IMG/VR virus record: IMGVR_UViG_3300025392_000121
Coordinates: 1 to 24,855 of that record
Origin: a virus
Taxonomy: Duplodnaviria > Caudoviricetes
DNA: 24,855 nucleotides
Direction: 5' to 3' (one strand)
The position numbers were made by a program, and so were the translations under genes. Shown here one piece after another: positions 1-6,175 of the stretch. The stretch's first letter is position 1, and every line of letters starts with the position of its first letter. The notes under the pieces are model-generated. The model had not been told where the DNA came from, ran no database searches, and saw only the letters and a list, made by a program, of their open reading frames with translations.

Positions 1-52
1 ATTCCCTTAACCCGATATAAAAAGCGTATCAGGTGTCCGGTATCCGGTCGCA
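1..52 (-). promoter_or_regulatory. Putative extended -10 promoter and leader for genes left of the window
   Basis: Minus strand TGA-TACGCT (31..23), then 6 nt, then ATCGGGTTAAGGGAAT; same layout as the promoter at 5017..5088. Confidence 0.55.
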
Positions 53-114
53 TATTTACGCACCGCTACAACCTAAGTAAATAAAGGGGTGTAGAGATTC
101 TTTAGAAAATATTC

Positions 115-468
115 CTAGTCCCGGCCTAGAACTCGGGCTATCTCGTCCCAGTCTTCGGGCTTCCAGAGGTAGACCTCTTCGCCTATCTCCGCGAGTTCCG
201 CGAGTACGACCTCCTGCGCGTCAGAGACACGACCTCCCTTCGCGCGCTTCAGTTCCGCGAAGACGAGACGCTTATCGGAGACGCGGTACATCGTTAAGTC
301 TGGCCAGCCCGACATAGTCGCGCGTCGCGAGTCCGGGACGGAGTAGACCTTCCAGCCGTTGTAGCGCGCGAGCGTAAGCACTCGTGCTTGGAACTCCGAC
401 TCGAGTTCGTCTCGGTCGACTTCCTTCTTCGTTAGGAACTTCTTCGTTACGCGCCTCTTGCGAGCCAT
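115..468 (-). CDS. VRR-NUC domain nuclease (PD-(D/E)xK)
   Basis: ESEFQ..., GWPDL, FAELKR..GRVS..Q motifs. Confidence 0.88.
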   Translation of the reverse strand: MARKRRVTKKFLTKKEVDRDELESEFQARVLTLARYNGWKVYSVPDSRRATMSGWPDLTMYRVSDKRLVFAELKRAKGGRVSDAQEVVLAELAEIGEEVYLWKPEDWDEIARVLGRD

Positions 469-470
469 AG

Positions 471-827
471 TTACAGTCTGCCACGATTCGCTCTAAACGC
501 GCGTCGAAGTTCTCGAGCGGTCTCTGCGGCTTCCGCGTCGTCCCAAGAGTGAAGAACGAATCCGGTATCGCCAGCCCATTTAGGGTGCGTCGTTATATAC
601 GAGTGGCAAGGACGGCAAAGAGCAAGGCAGTTGTCCGGGTCGGTGATACTTCCTCCTCGACCGCGCGTAAGTATCTCGTGAACGTCGGTTGCGACTCTCG
701 AGCAGATGTTCTCTATTCCTGCTTCGCAAAGTTCGGAGCGCGTTAGAACTATCTCGCGTGTCGTCTTACGTCCTTCGAGTTCCGCGAGCCTCTTCTTAGA
801 TATTGGATTTACTCGGGAGCGTCGCAT
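471..827 (-). CDS. HNH endonuclease
   Basis: DVHEILTRGRGG...DNCLALCRPCH with upstream Cys pair. Confidence 0.85.
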   Translation of the reverse strand: MRRSRVNPISKKRLAELEGRKTTREIVLTRSELCEAGIENICSRVATDVHEILTRGRGGSITDPDNCLALCRPCHSYITTHPKWAGDTGFVLHSWDDAEAAETARELRRAFRANRGRL

Positions 828-1186
828 AGGTCATCCGGGATATTTGCCGAAGGCCATTCTCCGGTCTTCGAGAAGTGTAGTGTCGCAACTGCGGTACACC
901 GAACGCAAAAGTGAGGGTTGTCTTCCCAATACGCCTCGATTCGTTTAATCGACCAGACTCCGCAACGGTCGCACGTTCCCGGGAGGAGCGTCTGAATCTC
1001 CTCGAAGTGGTCGTGTATGTCGTCGAGAATCGAATCCTTAATCCTCGGAACGACTCGTAGTTCGCCGGTCGACCTCTTCGAGTAGATAGAGAAGTCGCCA
1101 ACCTGTAACCGAATCAGTAATCGAACGAGCGACGGAACCGGAACGTCGGGAGAGTCCGGCTGTGTCGGGAAGTTCGAGGTAGGCAC
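809..1186 (-). CDS. Hypothetical protein, TubC-N-like docking region plus CxxC/CxxC zinc ribbon
   Basis: LL.RL...GELRV.P....IL..I..H..EI..LL pattern followed by CDRC and CVRC; GTG start. Confidence 0.5.
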   Translation of the reverse strand: MPTSNFPTQPDSPDVPVPSLVRLLIRLQVGDFSIYSKRSTGELRVVPRIKDSILDDIHDHFEEIQTLLPGTCDRCGVWSIKRIEAYWEDNPHFCVRCTAVATLHFSKTGEWPSANIPDDLCDAPE

Positions 1187-1195
1187 TCACATATG

Positions 1196-1663
1196 TTAAC
1201 GACGAGTACGGAGCGACTTCCTTATGTCCTGAATCTTCTCCGCGAGGAACTCGTCCGTAACTGAAATGTGAGATTCGTCTTTTTTAATATAAGGGTTACT
1301 TATGATTAGGGGTACGTACGTGTCCTCCTTTACGGTCTTAGATGTCCTCCTATAACTGCTAGATGTCCTCCTATCCGGAGCCGCAGGAGGGACGAATCCC
1401 TCGGCCGGAGCGAGGAATCGGTAGACCGTACAGCGTCCCTTACCGGCAGGTCGAGTGACCTCGATAACGTGACGCTCCCGGAGTTCGCGTAGGCAACGTC
1501 GGACGTGACGCTCCGTAAGCCCGGTCTTATCCGCGAGGTAAGCCTGACTCGGACGAGCCTCTTCTCCGTCGTCGTGCGCGTGGTCGGCAAGTGCTATCGC
1601 GACGTACTTCACCGTAGGCGGTAGGTCGAGTTTCCAGACGTAGGTCTGTACGTAAATACTCAT
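1196..1663 (-). CDS. Replication initiator, N-terminal winged HTH (HTH_36-like)
   Basis: KYVAIALADHA...PSQAYLADKTGLTERHVRRCLREL motif; contains internal direct repeats. Confidence 0.8.
   Translation of the reverse strand: MSIYVQTYVWKLDLPPTVKYVAIALADHAHDDGEEARPSQAYLADKTGLTERHVRRCLRELRERHVIEVTRPAGKGRCTVYRFLAPAEGFVPPAAPDRRTSSSYRRTSKTVKEDTYVPLIISNPYIKKDESHISVTDEFLAEKIQDIRKSLRTRR
1275..1373. repeat. Iteron-like direct repeats plus AT-rich tract; putative replication origin
   Basis: TGTCCTCCT at 1321, 1343 and 1364 (22 and 21 bp spacing) next to TTTTTTAATATAAGGGTTACTTATGATTA. Confidence 0.7.
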
Positions 1664-1665
1664 TG

Positions 1666-1917
1666 TTAGTTCTCATCTGTTCCTCCTAAGTCGGCTTGTT
1701 CGCGTCGAATATTCTTCCGTTCGCGCGCGGTCGTGCCAGCCCAGAATCCGTAGTTCTCGTTCTTAATCGCGTACTCGAGACAAGCCTCGTTAACCGGGCA
1801 AGACTCGCATAGCCCTCGAATCCTATCGGGGATAGGAGTTCGGTCTTCCTCTTCGTGCGAATAGAAGTCCCTTACGTCTTCACCTCGGCAAAGCGCAAGG
1901 GACTTCCACTCGTCCAT
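1666..1917 (-). CDS. whiB: WhiB family Fe-S transcription factor
   Basis: W...ALC, CESCPV...CL, GFWAGTT.RER: four Cys and the G(V/I)WGG-like turn. Confidence 0.93.
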   Translation of the reverse strand: MDEWKSLALCRGEDVRDFYSHEEEDRTPIPDRIRGLCESCPVNEACLEYAIKNENYGFWAGTTARERKNIRREQADLGGTDEN

Positions 1918-2192
1918 TACTTCTTCGCGCGCCGTTGCGCCCGGTTAGGAGCCGGGGTCTCTGACTTCGCGAGAGCCTCTAAGTCCTTCAGCATTAACTC
2001 CATAATGAAGTACGCGTCTAGAAGAGCGACCTGAAGGAGTTCGTGCTTAGAGAGCGCGCCTAACGTCGTCGCCTTCTTGCCGCCGAAGAAGTCCTTAGCC
2101 TCCTCCTGCGTAATCGGCGCGTCCGCTCCTCGACGCTCTAGAAGTACCTCGAGAGCCTTCTCTACGCGCTCTCCGTAGACGTTCGCTGGCAT
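1917..2192 (-). CDS. Hypothetical protein
   Basis: TAATG-coupled on both sides; ends with PNRAQRRA tail common in phage proteins. Confidence 0.75.
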   Translation of the reverse strand: MPANVYGERVEKALEVLLERRGADAPITQEEAKDFFGGKKATTLGALSKHELLQVALLDAYFIMELMLKDLEALAKSETPAPNRAQRRAKK

Positions 2193-2614
2193 TAGAAGGC
2201 TTCCTCCGGAGCGTCGTAACGAGGACGTGCGTTCCCGGTCGAACGACCTTCGGGCTTCGCATTCTTCGAGACGACGGTCGACGCGTAAGCGAGGGAGGGA
2301 GCAATCTCGTCAGCGATAATCTCAATGACCGACTTCTTCTCTCCGGCTTCGGTAGTCCAGTCGCGCTGTTCGAGTCGTCCGATAACTACGACGCGGTCTC
2401 CCTGCTTAAGTGAGTTCGCCGCATTCTCCGCGAGCGCGCCATAACCGACGACTGTAAAGAACGACGTGCGCTCTTCCCACTCTTGCGTCTGACGATTCTG
2501 CCAGCGACGGTTAACCGCTAGTCCGATTCGTACGGAGGTTCCTCCGTTGTTCAGGAACTTTAACTCCGGGTCTCGGGTTAAGTTTCCAACTTCTGAAATG
2601 TGATTAGTCATCAT
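2192..2614 (-). CDS. ssb: Single-stranded DNA-binding protein
   Basis: VGNLTRDPEL, LAENAANSLKQGDRVVVIGRLEQR, acidic C-terminus EEAF. Confidence 0.95.
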   Translation of the reverse strand: MMTNHISEVGNLTRDPELKFLNNGGTSVRIGLAVNRRWQNRQTQEWEERTSFFTVVGYGALAENAANSLKQGDRVVVIGRLEQRDWTTEAGEKKSVIEIIADEIAPSLAYASTVVSKNAKPEGRSTGNARPRYDAPEEAF

Positions 2615-2754
2615 TCCCCTTCTTTATTGTTTAGGTACAGCATTACGGCCTTACGAACTAAGGCTTGTCGCGTCACGCCTTCCGAACGTGCCGCATATGT
2701 TAAGTCGTCGATTATCTCGACCGGAAGAACTACTTCGACAATGTCGTTACTCAT
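2611..2754 (-). CDS. Ribbon-helix-helix (CopG-like) DNA-binding protein, 47 aa; not in ORF track
   Basis: MSNDIVEVVLPVEIIDDLTYAARSEGVTRQALVRKAVMLYLNNKEGE; fills the gap exactly, ATGA overlap with ssb. Confidence 0.8.
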   Translation of the reverse strand: MSNDIVEVVLPVEIIDDLTYAARSEGVTRQALVRKAVMLYLNNKEGE

Positions 2755-3277
2755 TCGGCACCGTCTTCGACGCGGCAATAAGAGCCTTAACTCTCGCTAC
2801 CTCTTCGACTGTTAACTCCTCGAGCGTCCCGATGTCTTCGCGACCGCAAGCGAACTGTACGAACGCCTTACGCTCGTTAGCGTCTGCCGAGACGGTTAGG
2901 AGTTCCTGCTTAAGTTCCGCTACGTCCTGACGGAGATTCGCGGTACGAGAGACCTTCGTCATCTCTTCTCGAGACGGACGCTTGCCCTTCGTAGCCCACG
3001 TTCCATTCGCGAGCGCACGACCGAGAGACGAGGTCTCGCAGTTCTCCGCCGCACTTGCGAAGTTAACCTTCTTCGGATTCGAGTCGACGCGCTCTTCCGC
3101 GTACCCGGTAGCCATAGGGTTAACGTCGTCCGCGTTTCGGAAGATTGCGGCCTTAAAGATGAACCGCGTCTCGTCGTGGTAGACGAGTTCAGTCGCGACT
3201 CTTCCGTTCGGGAACTCCTCCCAGAATCGACGTAGACGGTCTTCTACCGGCTCGTAATCGTTGATGTTGAATCCCAT
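2747..3277 (-). CDS. Putative single-strand annealing recombinase (Rad52/Erf/Sak-like fold)
   Basis: YEPVEDRL, ATGYAEE, ENCETSSLGRALAN motifs; close to ssb. Confidence 0.6.
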   Translation of the reverse strand: MGFNINDYEPVEDRLRRFWEEFPNGRVATELVYHDETRFIFKAAIFRNADDVNPMATGYAEERVDSNPKKVNFASAAENCETSSLGRALANGTWATKGKRPSREEMTKVSRTANLRQDVAELKQELLTVSADANERKAFVQFACGREDIGTLEELTVEEVARVKALIAASKTVPNE

Positions 3278-3474
3278 TATTTGCTCCTCTGTTTAGTAAT
3301 GCGAAGTTCTTCGCACCACTCCATTACTGCCGTACGTCCGACGCTCGTTCCGGATTCCGACAACTTCGTCGCAATCGTTCGGTAGGAGAGATTCTCCTTA
3401 CGAGCCTTCCGCAGGTAGTCCTTTAACTGTCCTTTAAGTTCGAGATTCTTTAACTCGAATAGATGTGACGGCAT
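3277..3474 (-). CDS. Small HTH DNA-binding protein
   Basis: LSYRTIATKLSESGTSVGRTAVMEW helix-turn-helix; first gene after a promoter; SD AAGGGAG. Confidence 0.7.
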   Translation of the reverse strand: MPSHLFELKNLELKGQLKDYLRKARKENLSYRTIATKLSESGTSVGRTAVMEWCEELRITKQRSK

Positions 3475-3497
3475 TAGTTCGCTCCCTTGTCGTTAAG

Positions 3498-3527
3498 ACC
3501 ATACACCGGACTTAATCCGGGAGTCAA
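3498..3527 (-). promoter_or_regulatory. SigA-type promoter with an operator-like inverted repeat in the spacer
   Basis: TTGACT-18nt-TATGGT; CCGGA-cttaa-TCCGG at 3506..3520. Confidence 0.7.
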
Positions 3528-3531
3528 TAGT

Positions 3532-3843
3532 TTAAGCACCGAGAACCTCGTCTCGGGACTTCTCTTCGGTCATTAGGACGTTCTGGTAGTCGATAGCCCA
3601 CGCCTCGAAGTCCGCGCGCGCTTCCGCGTAGGACTCGTAGGAGTACGAGAAGACCTGCTCGGGCTTCCCACTTTCGGTCGAGAAGTAGAAGGCCTTTACT
3701 CCGTCCTCGTACTCGTTAATCCCGGCCGATAGGACGACCTTCGAGCCGGGGTTCGTCGCGAGTCCGATATGGAACGCTACGTTAAGCGTCCCCACCTTTA
3801 CCGTCGTCTTGCCCGGCTCTGTCCACTTAATCTCTGTCTTCAT
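3532..3843 (-). CDS. Hypothetical early protein
   Basis: SD GGAGG; ATGA overlap with upstream gene. Confidence 0.75.
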   Translation of the reverse strand: MKTEIKWTEPGKTTVKVGTLNVAFHIGLATNPGSKVVLSAGINEYEDGVKAFYFSTESGKPEQVFSYSYESYAEARADFEAWAIDYQNVLMTEEKSRDEVLGA

Positions 3844-4022
3844 TCTGTTACCTCCAATACCGGACTTCCGTCCGTCTCGCTGTCTGCGACTTTAGAGCGC
3901 GGTTGTAACACCGTCTCCTCCTCCGGATACTCGAAGTTCGCGATGAACTCGAGTACCCGGCTACGAATCTCCTCGACGCCCTTAAGGATGTCGTCGAGGT
4001 TGTTTAGTTCGTTCGCGGTCAT
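3840..4022 (-). CDS. Small acidic hypothetical protein (60 aa; start revised to 4022)
   Basis: GGGAGGAACTA-ATG, TAATG coupling; about 15 D/E versus 5 K/R. Confidence 0.7.
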   Translation of the reverse strand: MTANELNNLDDILKGVEEIRSRVLEFIANFEYPEEETVLQPRSKVADSETDGSPVLEVTE

Positions 4023-4333
4023 TAGTTCCTCCCGGTCACTTTGAGGTACAGACCGTTCTCGGAGACCTCGCAGACGAACCCGGCCTTCTCTAAGCAGGAG
4101 AGGTATAACTGAACCATCCACTTAACCTTCTCGCTGTCGTCTACGACGAAGTTCCACGTATTATGCGTAACGGTGACGACGTTGCCGTACTCCGTAACCC
4201 TGTACCCGGCACTCCACTTACGGTATCCGCGTACTCCGGTGGTCATCTGCTCCGACCGCTCGAATCCGCGAACCTTGCGGAACGTTGCCTGAACCGCTTG
4301 GCGCGTTGCCAACTTGGTAGTAGTGGTAGCCAT
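4022..4333 (-). CDS. Hypothetical early protein
   Basis: SD GGGAGG; TAATG coupling. Confidence 0.75.
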   Translation of the reverse strand: MATTTTKLATRQAVQATFRKVRGFERSEQMTTGVRGYRKWSAGYRVTEYGNVVTVTHNTWNFVVDDSEKVKWMVQLYLSCLEKAGFVCEVSENGLYLKVTGRN

Positions 4334-5013
4334 TAGTTACGACCTCCCTTCGCGGTCTCGAGGTCGCGCTTCAGTTCCGCAATATGAGCCTCGGTCTGTG
4401 CGACGCTCTCCTTAACGGACTCGGTGAACTGCGCTTGGTACTTCTCTAACTTCTTAGCCATAAACGACTTAAAGGCAACCTCGTCTGAACCGAACTCGAC
4501 GAAGACGCGCTCGTCGTTCTCCCAAGTCTCGGTCGCATAGTTATTCGTAACGGTGCCGTCTTCCGAGACGGTTACGTATACCTCTCCCTGAACGTACGCT
4601 CCGTAAGGACGACCAAAGTTGCCGTCAACCGTTCCGAACCAGAGGTTAAGTCGAGTTGCTCCGCCGTGACGACCGCCGGAGTAGGTTCCGTCGGATAGCC
4701 AGAGGTGCTTACCGTTCTCGAGGTAGTCGAGACGAAGGTCGAGCGAACGCTGTGCGGTCGCGATTCTTCCCTCGAGAACTCCGACGCGGTGTTCTACTTC
4801 GCACTCCTCGCAGTTGTACGAGTCCGCAAACTGCTTCGCGTCTGCGAGAAGAGTCTCGTACTGGTAGGTCTCTTGGTGGTCTTCGTTCTGGCAAGTGACA
4901 AACCATCCGGCCTTGCGGTCGAGGTGGCGTACGTCCCAGATGTTCCAGCCGTTAATACGAGCCTTCGGTGTAGCGATTGCTAATACTTCGTTGTATACGT
5001 TTACTGCGTTCAT
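4333..5013 (-). CDS. Hypothetical early protein with possible Zn site and coiled coils
   Basis: CQNEDH...CEEC; SD AGGAGG 6 nt before ATG. Confidence 0.78.
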   Translation of the reverse strand: MNAVNVYNEVLAIATPKARINGWNIWDVRHLDRKAGWFVTCQNEDHQETYQYETLLADAKQFADSYNCEECEVEHRVGVLEGRIATAQRSLDLRLDYLENGKHLWLSDGTYSGGRHGGATRLNLWFGTVDGNFGRPYGAYVQGEVYVTVSEDGTVTNNYATETWENDERVFVEFGSDEVAFKSFMAKKLEKYQAQFTESVKESVAQTEAHIAELKRDLETAKGGRN

Positions 5014-5016
5014 CTT

Positions 5017-5088
5017 CGACCTCCTAAGTCGTTATCGAGTCCCTTAACTCGATATGAATACAGTAGCACTAAGTCCGCCGGACGGCCA
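5017..5088 (-). promoter_or_regulatory. Early promoter with two-hairpin 5' leader
   Basis: TGGCCG-17nt-TACTGT with TGn extension; leader hairpins ATCGAGT-taaggg-ACTCGAT and CGACT-tagga-GGTCG. Confidence 0.65.
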
Positions 5089-5154
5089 CTTATTTCAGGT
5101 ATTTATTTAACCCCTCTCATCAGGGAAAACGCAAAGTTTCTAAAAGATTCTCCG

Positions 5155-5201
5155 TAAAAAAGAAGAACCCCGAGGCCGTCTTTAGGAGCCTCGGAGTTCT
5201 T
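5155..5201 (-). terminator. Intrinsic terminator ending the late/lysis transcript
   Basis: AAGAACTCCGAGGC-loop-GCCTCGGGGTTCTT followed by a T-run; the G-U pair works on the minus strand only. Confidence 0.8.
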
Positions 5202-5242
5202 CCCGATTGGAGGTGTAGCAGATGAAAGGCTACGCAGACACT

Positions 5243-5827
5243 CTACACGTTCGAGAGCGGAGTCGAACGGTAAACGTCGTACAACTGTGCCGGAGTAACG
5301 GTGTAGATGTCCGGCCAAGAATAGAACCAGCCTCCGTAACGAAGAGCCTCCGCACCGAGCGCGCTACATATCCACGTGTTGTCGCGACGGAACGAAGGGA
5401 ACCAGTTCGGAGTAAGTATGTCGAAGAAGACAGAGACGATAGAGAACCAGCCGTACTTGTAACCGACTTGCTTCTTCGCGAACGTGACGACCTTCTTCGG
5501 GTCGACTCCTCGCGGAGGACGACGAGTAATAAAGAGACCGACCGACGTTATCGGCTTGTCGTTACTTATCCCTCGAGGCTCCGCTTGTATGACGTACGGA
5601 ACTCCGTTACGAATCTCCGAGACGATGGCGACGTGATTGAACTGACTACCGCGCTTCCAGCGAAGAGTCTCTCCGAATCGAATCGCTCGTCCCATTACTC
5701 CGTTTGAGTGTGCGAAGACTATGTCTCCCGGTCGAACGTTCTTCGAGTACGAGTTACTTAACTTGACCTTCGGTTGCGGTTGCGGCCGGAGTGGGAACTT
5801 CCACCGGAGTCGCTGTAGGTGTCGCAT
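5243..5827 (-). CDS. Permuted papain-like NlpC/P60 amidase (YiiX/YaeF-like)
   Basis: PGDIVF, FNHVAIV, IQAE, QVGYKYG, WICSAL, VTPAQL: His precedes Cys; start uncertain. Confidence 0.82.
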   Translation of the reverse strand: MRHLQRLRWKFPLRPQPQPKVKLSNSYSKNVRPGDIVFAHSNGVMGRAIRFGETLRWKRGSQFNHVAIVSEIRNGVPYVIQAEPRGISNDKPITSVGLFITRRPPRGVDPKKVVTFAKKQVGYKYGWFSIVSVFFDILTPNWFPSFRRDNTWICSALGAEALRYGGWFYSWPDIYTVTPAQLYDVYRSTPLSNV

Positions 5828-6047
5828 TAGTAGCCTTTACTGGTAGCGCGCCGAGTAGCCAAGAGAACTTAGGGTACTTAGCCTCGAGTAAACGAATCGC
5901 GGAGTAGTACGCGGTCGTCGCGATAGGGAAGACGATAGCGGTCTCCGAAGGAGTTAGGTGCGCACTTAACTTCGTAACGTAGGAGGTGACGGCTCCGATT
6001 ACGGCCGGAGTAGCGGTACGAATAATGTTACGTAGTGTGTCGTTCAT
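5754..6047 (-). CDS. Putative holin (actinophage type; start revised to 6047)
   Basis: Two hydrophobic segments, IRT.TP..IG and YY..IRLLE.K.P...WLLG motifs. Confidence 0.65.
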   Translation of the reverse strand: MNDTLRNIIRTATPAVIGAVTSYVTKLSAHLTPSETAIVFPIATTAYYSAIRLLEAKYPKFSWLLGALPVKATNATPTATPVEVPTPAATATEGQVK

Positions 6048-6063
6048 ACACATATGATACACA
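6048..6063 (-). promoter_or_regulatory. Putative -10 box for a leaderless holin transcript
   Basis: TATCAT (6059..6054) 6 nt before ATG 6047; no SD. Confidence 0.5.
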
Positions 6064-6066
6064 CTT

Positions 6067-6110
6067 AAAACGAGTAAGTCCCGGACTCATCTCTCGACGA
6101 TTCCGGGACT
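6067..6110 (-). terminator. Terminator-like hairpin after the metallophosphoesterase
   Basis: AGTCCCGGA/TCCGGGACT stem, inner TCGTC-GAGA-GATGA with GNRA loop, then TACTCGTTTT. Confidence 0.6.
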
Positions 6111-6175
6111 CAACGCGCTATAAGTTTCGAGTGGCAATCTCGGGCAGTTTGCCCTTGACCTAGCACTAGAGATTC

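Noticed and set aside
5222-5707. Plus-strand 161-aa ORF with GGAGGT before its ATG
   Set aside because: Antisense to a well-formed amidase gene, Arg-rich shadow composition, no plus-strand promoter seen
6111-6175. GGGCAAAC hairpin suggesting a c-di-GMP-I riboswitch or other ncRNA
   Set aside because: Lacks the GAAA-capped stem and GCAAAG element and lies in a 3' UTR; only a short GGGCA/TGCCC stem is supported
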